A DNA stretch of 64,000 bases from NCBI GenBank assembly GCA_029856045.1, contig JAHQWG010000016.1:384001-448000 (forward strand), read 5' to 3'. Numbering within the stretch: the first letter of the stretch is position 1; every line of letters starts with the position of its first letter. Of the stretch, positions 1 through 8,820 are shown piece by piece. Below the pieces are notes generated by a model. That model was not told the DNA's origin. It did no database searches and saw only the letters and a list, made by a program, of their open reading frames with translations. The position numbers were made by a program, and so were the translations under genes. The DNA is from Promethearchaeia archaeon. Its GTDB lineage: Archaea > Asgardarchaeota > Lokiarchaeia > Sigyniarchaeales > SOKP01.

Positions 1-570
1 AACTGCACCAGACATCTTTCCATATTGAATTCTCTCTCTCACTTGTTTAAGACGATCTAAATGCCTACTAAATTCATAAGCCCAAATCCCAAATCTCATA
101 CCGAATGTAGTTGGTGTAGCATGTTGGCCGTGAGTTCGACCTATACAAATTAATTCTTTTTTCTGTTCTGCAAGATTTGTTAAAGTTTTTAAAATTTTCA
201 AAATTGATTCTTCCAAATAATTTAATGCTTCTTTTATTTGAAGGGCTGTTGCAGTATCCTCTGTATCATAACTAGTAGCACCTAAATGGATATAATTTCC
301 GGCATTCCCTTCACACTGTTCTTCAAGTGCTTTAACCATTGCCATTAGATCATGATGAATCTCTTTATCAATTTCTTTAACTCTCTCAACCTTTACAAAT
401 TGAATCTTGGCTTTACGTTCAATTTCCTCTGCTGCATTGGCTGGAATATTTCCTAATTTTGCATGAGCTTTAGCTAACGCAGCCTCCACTTTTAACCAAT
501 ATTGCAATTTACTTTCTTCACTAAAGATTTGTGATATTGGTGTATTATATCGAATGAATGGATTTTCCAT
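1..570 (-). CDS. purB: Adenylosuccinate lyase, 5' part (runs off window edge)
   Basis: Not in ORF track. Manual minus-strand translation from ATG at 570: MENPFIRYNTPISQIFSEESKLQYWLKVEAALAKAHA...HLGATSYD...GRTHGQHATPTTFG, typical of the ASL family. Confidence 0.92.
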   Translation of the reverse strand, partial: MENPFIRYNTPISQIFSEESKLQYWLKVEAALAKAHAKLGNIPANAAEEIERKAKIQFVKVERVKEIDKEIHHDLMAMVKALEEQCEGNAGNYIHLGATSYDTEDTATALQIKEALNYLEESILKILKTLTNLAEQKKELICIGRTHGQHATPTTFGMRFGIWAYEFSRHLDRLKQVRERIQYGKMSGAV

Positions 571-738
571 TTTATTTCCACGAAAAATTTCTATTTTTCT
601 TTTAATTTAATTAAATATTACGCTTTAAAAAAAATGATAATTATTTACGTCGTAATAACTTAATAAATATTTTAATTCGAATTTAGATTATATTTTATAA
701 GAAGTTATGAAAATATTAAAGGAAAATGGTTAAGGGAG

Positions 739-1392
739 TTGCCTAAGAAAGAACTTAAAAAAATGAAAATTGACGAGATAACTCAATATTTCATGAATAA
801 AACTACAAAACAAAATATGAAACTTATTAGAGCAATTGATCACCTTATCATTGAGAATTTTGAAGAGTTTGAAAAAGATTTAAAATACGTTATTGAGAAC
901 AAAAAAGAAGAAGAAATTAAGAGAGTATTTGAATCAAAAATCTGGAAAAGCAAGATGATGTTCTCTAAAGCAGATAGAGTATTAGTATTTAATAGAATTA
1001 ATAAAATTAGAGACCTGGGCGAGATTTTAGCACGAAAAATGCTTCTTTACCGAGTTGTATTTCCAGATGAGCAATTTAAGAATAATATAAAAGAAATTCT
1101 TGAATTACTAAAAACCGTCTTTCTTGATTTAGCTTCAGCCGTAAAATCGATTGGAAAAGATTTAGAACATTCATATGAAGTGTCTCAAAAAATAAAAAAT
1201 GAACATTTAGACCTTAGGAATAAGGCATGGGAACTTTTAAGTAATTTATATAATTATGAAATGGATTTTATCAGTCGAACATTTTTATATTTAAAGGATT
1301 TAATTGAGGGTATCGTATTTTTAGCTGATGAGGCAGAAAATTTCGCAGGATATCTGCAATTTTTAGCAACTAAATACTTAATTTTTGAATAA
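739..1392 (+). CDS. DUF47/PhoU-like phosphate transport regulator (divergent)
   Basis: All-helical 217 aa protein overlapping the PiT gene start; C-terminal ADEAENFAGYL resembles the DUF47 'D..E..AD.I' motif. Confidence 0.6.
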   Translation: MPKKELKKMKIDEITQYFMNKTTKQNMKLIRAIDHLIIENFEEFEKDLKYVIENKKEEEIKRVFESKIWKSKMMFSKADRVLVFNRINKIRDLGEILARKMLLYRVVFPDEQFKNNIKEILELLKTVFLDLASAVKSIGKDLEHSYEVSQKIKNEHLDLRNKAWELLSNLYNYEMDFISRTFLYLKDLIEGIVFLADEAENFAGYLQFLATKYLIFE

Positions 1393-2440
1393 TCAGCCTA
1401 ATTGGAGGATCAATTTTTTGGAATTAACTTCAATATTAGTCATAATTTTAATAATTATGGGTTTATCCCTGGCATTTTCTATTGGTGCTAACGACGAAAC
1501 TCTATCTGCCTTAGTTGGTGCTAATATTACTAAATTTAAAATAGCATTAATTATAGGGGGAATTGCTACTGGAGCTGGGATGATTTTTTTAAGTGGAGGG
1601 GTGGGTAAAATGGTTGGAGAAAATATTCTCGGGGAGGGGATAGAATATACTACTTTTATGTTATTATCTGTTTTGATAAGTAGTATAATTTGGTTGATTA
1701 TTGGGAGTTTCTCTGGAATACCTTTGAGCTCTACACATAGTACCATAGGAAGTATATTTGGGGTAATAATTGTTTTTTCTCTTTTTCAGGGGGACGTTGA
1801 CCCAACAACCGCTCTCAATTATGAAAAATTAAATAGTGTTGTCATAAGTTGGTTCTTATCTCCATTATTTGGTTTTCTCTTTACTTTTATTTTTTTCAAA
1901 ATTATCTCCAAATTTTTTTTATCACGTTTAAAAGGTATGAATCAAATTGAAAAATCAGAAAAAAATTTTTCATGGTTATTACTAATTGCAGTTGTTTTTG
2001 CTGAAATTTGGGTTGGGGCTAATTCTGCAGAATGTATTGGAATTTTTCATGCACTTTGCAGTAATGGTTCATTAACTTTAGCAGAAAAAGATTTTTTCGT
2101 TGTGATTTGTGGAATTTTTGTCTTTCTGGGAATTTTTATTGCAGGAAGATATGTAATAAAAAATTTAGCCAGCCAAATGACTGATGCACGACCATGCGAG
2201 AGTTTTATCATTCAAATATCATCATCGATAATTTTAATGATATGCACCTTAATGTCTTTACCAATTTCACACAGTCATGTTATTGTATTTTGTATTTTAG
2301 GTTTAAACGCAGGTCAAAAACGTGAAGTGGATTATAAAGGTTTAGGGAAAATGACAATTTACTGGGTTTTAACTTTTTTCATAGCCGGTATTCTTGGCGG
2401 TATTATATATTTTGGATTTTTATCAGTAAGCTTAATATAA
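1385..2440 (+). CDS. PiT-family inorganic phosphate transporter
   Basis: GAND signature, GIPLSSTHSTIGSIFG, second repeat GANS and LPISHSH; many TM helices. Confidence 0.93.
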   Translation: MNNQPNWRINFLELTSILVIILIIMGLSLAFSIGANDETLSALVGANITKFKIALIIGGIATGAGMIFLSGGVGKMVGENILGEGIEYTTFMLLSVLISSIIWLIIGSFSGIPLSSTHSTIGSIFGVIIVFSLFQGDVDPTTALNYEKLNSVVISWFLSPLFGFLFTFIFFKIISKFFLSRLKGMNQIEKSEKNFSWLLLIAVVFAEIWVGANSAECIGIFHALCSNGSLTLAEKDFFVVICGIFVFLGIFIAGRYVIKNLASQMTDARPCESFIIQISSSIILMICTLMSLPISHSHVIVFCILGLNAGQKREVDYKGLGKMTIYWVLTFFIAGILGGIIYFGFLSVSLI

Positions 2441-2529
2441 AAAGGAAAATGATTTAATTGAGTGATAAAATTATTTATGAAAGAGTTTATTTATATTAAA
2501 AATGTGAAAAGGAAAAAAAAGGGGAAAAA

Positions 2530-3207
2530 ATGGGTTATCTAATTGAATATTTCAAGCAACGAACCGCTGAAAATGCAATAAAAAAAGCAAATACTCATGC
2601 AAAAACGGCTCAACAATGTGTATTTGAATTAAAAAAAGGTTTGTATGCTCTTTTAATTGAAAGTGATTATGATAAAGCAGAAGAAATATTTAAAAATGTA
2701 GATCAAATTGAGAGTGATGCTGATGCTATTAGGAGAGAAATATTAGAAGATATTTCAAAAGGTGAATTAAATCCTAATATCCGTATGGATCTCTCTCATT
2801 TAGTTAAAAGAATCGATAATATCGCAAATTGTTCAAATGGGGTTGGTAGGCGTATTAGTGTAATATCAAGAGAATTTTGGGAAAATTGCAGTCAAGAATC
2901 AAAAGATTATATGCTTCAAATAATTGATACAACCGTAGAATGTGCAGAACTTTTGGATGGTCTCCTAACTGCTCTGATTGAGTCCCGAGAAAAAGTTAAA
3001 GATATTGCTATTCACATCAATAAATTAGAACATGAAGTTGATATTTTAAATCTTAAACTGAGAGAAAGTCTTCAAAAAACTGACTTTAAAATAAACATTT
3101 TTACTGGTTTTTTAATTGCCAATACACTTAATATTTTAGAGGCAATATCGGATTCGATTGAAGAAGTCGCAGATTATATATTACTTTTAACAGTTTCAAA
3201 AAAATAA
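2530..3207 (+). CDS. DUF47 (TIGR00153-type) phosphate transport regulator
   Basis: IESDADAIRREI, LEHEVD and ISDSIEEVAD motifs; adjacent to PiT. Confidence 0.88.
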   Translation: MGYLIEYFKQRTAENAIKKANTHAKTAQQCVFELKKGLYALLIESDYDKAEEIFKNVDQIESDADAIRREILEDISKGELNPNIRMDLSHLVKRIDNIANCSNGVGRRISVISREFWENCSQESKDYMLQIIDTTVECAELLDGLLTALIESREKVKDIAIHINKLEHEVDILNLKLRESLQKTDFKINIFTGFLIANTLNILEAISDSIEEVADYILLLTVSKK

Positions 3208-3273
3208 TTTGGAAAATTATAAATCCATTACTCTTTTTAAATTATTAAACATCTCTGTTCTATTAATAATAAA

Positions 3274-3492
3274 ATGGTTTATAGAACGAAATATTTCTTC
3301 TTTAGATGCATCAATTGTGGAGAATGGTATTATACTACAAAAATTATTAAGAGAAAAAAATGCATCAAATGTCATAAATCATTTTCCTTTGAAAAAGCTT
3401 CAAAATTTTTTCAAAAATGTTCCATAAAAGAAGCAATTTTATTAATTCAACGTCTAAAATCAAAAGATAAAGAATTAACAAAGTTTCATTAA
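3274..3492 (+). CDS. Small Zn-ribbon protein (DUF1922-like)
   Basis: FRCINCG and KKCIKCH CxxC pairs in 72 aa. Confidence 0.7.
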   Translation: MVYRTKYFFFRCINCGEWYYTTKIIKRKKCIKCHKSFSFEKASKFFQKCSIKEAILLIQRLKSKDKELTKFH

Positions 3493-3619
3493 TTTTTTTG
3501 TTCTAAATCTTAAAAAAATCACTTCTTAATCGATTTATTAAATATATAAAGAATGTAAATGTAAATTAAATTAAACAAAGGCAAAATTTTAAAAACAGAA
3601 ATTGTATTGATAATTTAAC

Positions 3620-5032
3620 ATGGAGTCTCCTAAACCTTTGGAAAGCAATTTAATTTCCAAATTAACAAAATTAGCTACTAAAAAAAGAATTGAATTTTGG
3701 GACATTAGAGTAGCATCTAGTTCTGGAACATTATTAGAATTTACTAATGGAAAAAATAAAGAAGTATCATATTCAAATATAAAAGGTGCAGGCATCAGAG
3801 CTTTTATCAATGGAGGTTGGGGGTTTTCTGTAAAACAAAATATATCTGATAGCTCAATAATAGAAGGATTAAATGAGGCCATAAAATTAGCTCTCTTTGC
3901 TGAACGATATTCAAAATTCAAATTTAAAATTAAAGAATATGATTTAATTAGAGATAAATATACAACCAAATTAAAAACACCTCTCAAGGATGTAGACATT
4001 GAACAAAAAATAGATTTTGCTTTACAAATTGAAAAGGATGCACATGATTTTGATCCAAGAGTTATCAATACAAATTCTTTATATACTGATGGAATAATAA
4101 ATTCTCTTCTTATTAATTCATTTGGAAGTTCAATTGAGCAATCTATTTCAATTTTGAGAATTTTTTCTATTGTTTATGCTAAGGAAAACGGAAATTTGCA
4201 GAGAAATTTTGAATCAATTGGTGGCATTGGAGGGTATGAATTAACTAAAAAAGCTGATAAAATAGGAATTAAATCAGCGAAAAAAGCAATTAAATTATTA
4301 TCAGCTAAACCAGTTAAAGGAGGAAAATTCACAGTTATTATGGACCCAAAATTAACAGGAGTGTTTATTCATGAAGCATTTGGACATGCATGCGAAGCAG
4401 ATTTAGTTATTGCCAAAGAAAGCATTTTAGAAGAAAAATTAGGAGAAAAAGTTGCATCTGAAAATATTTCTATTATTGATGATCCAACTCCAAGTGATAT
4501 GGCTCTATTTGGCTCCTATAAATTTGATGATGAAGGTATAGCTGCAAAACCAGTTCAATTAGTAGAAAATGGCGTTTTAAAAACATACCTTCATGATTTG
4601 GAGAGTGCAAGTAGAATGAATGTATCTCCTAATGGGCATGGTCGTGCTTCATCATATTCATCTAAACCGCAAGCAAGGATGGGGGTTACATACCTTAAAG
4701 AACATGATTGGAAATTAAATGAAATGATCGAAGACACAAAAAATGGTGTTCTCTGTGAAAATTGGAAATATGGATATACAAACCCGGCAACAGGAAATTT
4801 CCAATTTAAAACTCGGAATTGTTATAAAATTGAAAATGGAGAAAAAACTGAATTAATGCGAGATGTTGGATTATCAGGTTTAATCCTTGAGATTTTAAAT
4901 AGGGTTTCAGCTATTGGTAATAAAATAGAATATAGTGATGGTGTTTGTGGAAAAGGAGGACAACGTGTTAGAAATTGTACTGGGGGTCCTTACCTGCGTG
5001 TTGAAGATGTAGTTATGGGAGGTTTACAATAA
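3620..5032 (+). CDS. tldD: TldD metalloprotease subunit
   Basis: HEAFGH Zn motif, FDDEG, NGHGR, CGKGGQ Cys ligand. Confidence 0.93.
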   Translation: MESPKPLESNLISKLTKLATKKRIEFWDIRVASSSGTLLEFTNGKNKEVSYSNIKGAGIRAFINGGWGFSVKQNISDSSIIEGLNEAIKLALFAERYSKFKFKIKEYDLIRDKYTTKLKTPLKDVDIEQKIDFALQIEKDAHDFDPRVINTNSLYTDGIINSLLINSFGSSIEQSISILRIFSIVYAKENGNLQRNFESIGGIGGYELTKKADKIGIKSAKKAIKLLSAKPVKGGKFTVIMDPKLTGVFIHEAFGHACEADLVIAKESILEEKLGEKVASENISIIDDPTPSDMALFGSYKFDDEGIAAKPVQLVENGVLKTYLHDLESASRMNVSPNGHGRASSYSSKPQARMGVTYLKEHDWKLNEMIEDTKNGVLCENWKYGYTNPATGNFQFKTRNCYKIENGEKTELMRDVGLSGLILEILNRVSAIGNKIEYSDGVCGKGGQRVRNCTGGPYLRVEDVVMGGLQ

Positions 5033-5034
5033 AA

Positions 5035-6420
5035 ATGATAACAAAAAATAATTTTCCAAAAGAAAATAACGTTCTTTTTAATAGAGGCAAGTTTGGATTA
5101 AGAATAACTGAAAAATATGACAAAGTAAAATGTTCTGAAATTTACGTTCAAAAAACAGATGCTTTTGAAATAGGATTAGAAAAAAATTCGATTAAAGACT
5201 GTAATAAATCTGAAAGTTGTGGATTTTCGGTAAGAGTTTTTGATAAACGGGGTTCATTAGGTTTTGCATATGCTAATGATATTTCTAGTAAAATAATCGA
5301 AAAAACCATAAATAATGCTGTAAAGATGATGAAAGTAGGTCCTCCAAATGATGAATTTAAGGATTTACCGTTTCCTAAAAAATCTAATTCCAAAGTAACA
5401 GGAATTTATGACAAAAACATAAAAGATCTTGAATTTGAAACACCGTTCGATTTAATTAAAGATATGATAAAAATTTCCTCTGACGATTCTCAAGTTGTAA
5501 CTCAATCTGGGGATTTTTCCTCTCTTTATACTTATTATTACGTATTTAATTCAAATGGAATTGAAATATCTTCTAAAGAAACAGCGGCTTCTTTAACATC
5601 ATCGATTGTAGTTAAAAATAATGGGAAAAATGAGACTGGAAATGGCTTTCATTGGCAAATAGAAAGAAAATACAAGGATTTAGACGCAATTAAAGTTGTA
5701 AATAAAACACTCCAAATGGCTAAAATGAATTTAAATAGGATTAAAATTGAAACGATGAACGTCCCTCTTATATTAACTCCAAAAGGAGTAATCAGTTTAA
5801 TATTAAATCCAATTGCTTCAGCAATAAATGCTGATACATTTCAGTACAACAGAAGCTTTCTTGTAGGAAAATTAAATAAGAAGATTGGTTCAGATTTGTT
5901 AAATATTGAAGATAATGGTTTAATTAATGGAGCTGTAGGGTCTTCAGAATTTGATGCTGAAGGTGTCCCATGTCAAAATAAAAAAATCTTTGAAAATGGA
6001 GTATTTTTATCTTTACTTCATAATAGTTTTACCGCTGGAAAAGATAATGTGGAAAGTACTGGAAACGCGCAGAGAAATTCTTTTTCCTCAACACCTAATA
6101 TCGGTTCAACTAACTTATACTTCAATCCCGGAGATTATAAAACGCAAGAATTATTTGAAGATATAAAAATTGGAATTCTCTTAGATTATACTGGTGATTC
6201 TCCCAATTTAGCAACAGGTGATTTTAGTGGATTAATTTTGAATGGAAATATTATCCGAAATGGAGAAATTCAAGAATCTCTGAATGAAACAATGGTAGGA
6301 ATTAATATCTTGGATCTTTTTAATAGAATAGAGAAAGTGTCCAATAAACTTGAAGTTTATGGCTCAAAAAATGCTCCTTATGTAAAAATAAGTAATGTTC
6401 AAATTTCTGGATCCAAATAA
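5035..6420 (+). CDS. pmbA: PmbA/TldE non-catalytic partner
   Basis: FDAEG, STGNA and TGDFS motifs, no HExxxH; starts 2 nt after tldD. Confidence 0.9.
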   Translation: MITKNNFPKENNVLFNRGKFGLRITEKYDKVKCSEIYVQKTDAFEIGLEKNSIKDCNKSESCGFSVRVFDKRGSLGFAYANDISSKIIEKTINNAVKMMKVGPPNDEFKDLPFPKKSNSKVTGIYDKNIKDLEFETPFDLIKDMIKISSDDSQVVTQSGDFSSLYTYYYVFNSNGIEISSKETAASLTSSIVVKNNGKNETGNGFHWQIERKYKDLDAIKVVNKTLQMAKMNLNRIKIETMNVPLILTPKGVISLILNPIASAINADTFQYNRSFLVGKLNKKIGSDLLNIEDNGLINGAVGSSEFDAEGVPCQNKKIFENGVFLSLLHNSFTAGKDNVESTGNAQRNSFSSTPNIGSTNLYFNPGDYKTQELFEDIKIGILLDYTGDSPNLATGDFSGLILNGNIIRNGEIQESLNETMVGINILDLFNRIEKVSNKLEVYGSKNAPYVKISNVQISGSK

Positions 6421-6435
6421 ATTAGATCTAAATAT

Positions 6436-6969
6436 CTAAATTTCTGTTACTTTAAGTTTAATAAATAGAATATCAACATAAATCTCTAAATTATTTTCAA
6501 TTTTCCATAATTCAAAAATAATTGTTTTATTTAAGCCCACATTAGAAAAAGAAATATTTTGAGCATCAGAAATCCATTCATTGCCATGTTGAAGTGTAAT
6601 ATTTGGTAATTTCCTAATTAAGGTACCATTGGATCCCGAGTCTTTATTAATCCAAGTATTATTATTTCCTTTAAGGATATGGATTGAAAAAGAAAAATCT
6701 GTCTTTAAATAATTACCTACAGTTGCGTATAAGGTAATATTTTTACTTTTCTTTACTTGCGTGGGATAATCTTGGGCATATCCATCTGAATTTAATAAGC
6801 CGTAGGTATAATAACCTGGTTCGACCTTAATTATTTCATAAATAATAAAACAAGAAGTTAGAATGATTCCAATTAATAAAATAATTCTGGTGATTTTTAC
6901 AAGATTTTTCCGTTCTTGATTTGAATTATTAAGAGAATTTTCCTCTTTTATATTTTCTTTATTCTTCAT
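6436..6969 (-). CDS. DUF1616-like membrane-anchored protein
   Basis: One TM helix then LLNSDGYAQDYP and IIFELW; ATG at 6969 preferred over the track start 6993 because it reduces overlap. Confidence 0.65.
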   Translation of the reverse strand: MKNKENIKEENSLNNSNQERKNLVKITRIILLIGIILTSCFIIYEIIKVEPGYYTYGLLNSDGYAQDYPTQVKKSKNITLYATVGNYLKTDFSFSIHILKGNNNTWINKDSGSNGTLIRKLPNITLQHGNEWISDAQNISFSNVGLNKTIIFELWKIENNLEIYVDILFIKLKVTEI

Positions 6970-8026
6970 TTTCAATGCTTTTAAACCATTCAATTGTTTT
7001 CCTTAATCCTTCTTTTAATGGAGTAGTCGGTTTCCATTTTATAAGTCTTTCTGCTTTTTCTAAAACAGGACATCTCCTTACGGGATCATCAATGGGTAAT
7101 GTTTTATAAGTAATTTTTGAATTAGAATTCGTAAGTTCAATAATGAGTTCGGCAAGTTCTAATATTGTTAATTCATTATCATTTCCTAAATTGATAACTT
7201 CTCCATTTGCAGCATTAAAATGAACTGCTTTTAACAATCCTTCAACTTCATCTACAACATATGTAAATGATCTAGTTTGTGATCCATCACCAAACACAGT
7301 AATATCTTCATCTTTAAGTGCTTGATGAATAAAATTGGGAATAACGCGTCCAAATAAAGCACCATAGCGAATCCTCGGACCATAAGTATTAAAAATCCTA
7401 ATTATTTTAGCTTGTATTTTATGTTGCAATTCATATGCTTTAATAAATGCCTCACCTGCTCTTTTTGACTCATCATAACAACTACGAGGTCCAACAGGAT
7501 TTACATGTCCAAAGTATGTTTCGGGTGTTGGTACTGCACTGTCTGGAGGATTTCCATAGATTTCACTTGTGCTAGTGTAAAAGAATATTGCGTTATGTGC
7601 TTTTGCTATACCCAAGGCATTCATTGTTCCTAAAGTATTACTTTTTAAAATCGATATGGGAAATTTAGTAAATTCGAATGGCGATGCTCTCGAAGCCATA
7701 TGCATTATTATATCTATTTTTTCGATATCTCCTACACAAATACCTATAGGATGATTAGTAAGTCCGAAATATATCGGTTTTGAAATATCATGATTCAGAA
7801 ATCTAAAATTTTTTGTATTCATTAGATGATTTATATTGTCAAAACTACCTGAAGATAAATTATCTAAACAAATACAATATGCCCCTTGCTCTACAAGCAC
7901 ATCGCAAACCCACGAACCTAAAAAACCAGCGCCTCCAGTTACTAAAATTATTTTATCTTTAAATTTAATACTTTCTTTTTCTAAGCGTTTAATTATCTCT
8001 TGAATTTCGTTTTCATGATCATACAT
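6959..8026 (-). CDS. UDP-glucuronate decarboxylase (UDP-xylose synthase)-like SDR
   Basis: TGGAGFLGS, STSEIYG, GPRSCYDESKR, RIFNTYGPR, GDGSQTRSF. Confidence 0.9.
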   Translation of the reverse strand: MYDHENEIQEIIKRLEKESIKFKDKIILVTGGAGFLGSWVCDVLVEQGAYCICLDNLSSGSFDNINHLMNTKNFRFLNHDISKPIYFGLTNHPIGICVGDIEKIDIIMHMASRASPFEFTKFPISILKSNTLGTMNALGIAKAHNAIFFYTSTSEIYGNPPDSAVPTPETYFGHVNPVGPRSCYDESKRAGEAFIKAYELQHKIQAKIIRIFNTYGPRIRYGALFGRVIPNFIHQALKDEDITVFGDGSQTRSFTYVVDEVEGLLKAVHFNAANGEVINLGNDNELTILELAELIIELTNSNSKITYKTLPIDDPVRRCPVLEKAERLIKWKPTTPLKEGLRKTIEWFKSIENEE

Positions 8027-8099
8027 ATAAAGTCCCGAAATTTTCCCTTAAATTGTTAATAAAAATGTTTTGAAATAAAAAAAGCTTTAGGCTAAAAAA

Positions 8100-8699
8100 T
8101 TAAATTGAATTATCTTTTTTTTCTCCACAAAATTGGCAATAAATTAGCTCTTTTGGATAATAATTTCCACAAAATTTGCATTTCATTAAAGAATTTTTTA
8201 AAATCTCTTTACCCAGCATTACAAAGATTGATTCAACATGGTATCCCGTTTTAGAACTACATTCAATTACTTTTCCTTGAAAATTATATCTATTATAAAA
8301 ATCCGAAATATCTTTGTTAGAAATCTGTCTAATTTCTTCCAAATCAAGTTTGGATCCAATTAATAATTTAGTATTAGGAGGATTTGGGCTATTATCAATA
8401 ATCTCAAGCCAATCAATTAAATCATCCAATGATTCTCTATTCGTAATGTCATATAAAATTAATGCCCCCGATGCACCGCTAACATATGACGGAAAAAGGG
8501 TTCGAAATTTCTCTTCTCCTGCAAAATCCCAGATATTTAATAAAATAATACTATCTTCAACTACAACTTTCTTCGTCTCAAAATCAACCCCTATTGTTGA
8601 TTGCGTCCCTATATTAAATTTCCCAGTACAGAATCTTCTGATTAGGCTTGTTTTACCTACTGCTTTTGCTCCCGCAACCACTATCTTAAATTTAATCAA
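8100..8699 (-). CDS. Rab-like small GTPase with C-terminal Zn ribbon
   Basis: GAKAVGKTS (G1), TIGVDF (G2), WDFAGEE (G3), SKLD (G4), SSK (G5); tail CKFC...CQFCG. Confidence 0.9.
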   Translation of the reverse strand: MIKFKIVVAGAKAVGKTSLIRRFCTGKFNIGTQSTIGVDFETKKVVVEDSIILLNIWDFAGEEKFRTLFPSYVSGASGALILYDITNRESLDDLIDWLEIIDNSPNPPNTKLLIGSKLDLEEIRQISNKDISDFYNRYNFQGKVIECSSKTGYHVESIFVMLGKEILKNSLMKCKFCGNYYPKELIYCQFCGEKKDNSI

Positions 8700-8820
8700 T
8701 GTGAAATTTTAATTTTCTTTTTTTAATACAATTTCGTTATAAATAAATAAAATCAATTAATATATTATTTTTTATTAAAATTGATAAATTTAATAGAAAT
8801 ATCTATAATTTGAATTATAA

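Noticed and set aside
3620-6420. TldD/PmbA as part of a RiPP cluster
   Set aside because: No YcaO, precursor peptide or other maturase adjacent; the pair is widespread in archaea.
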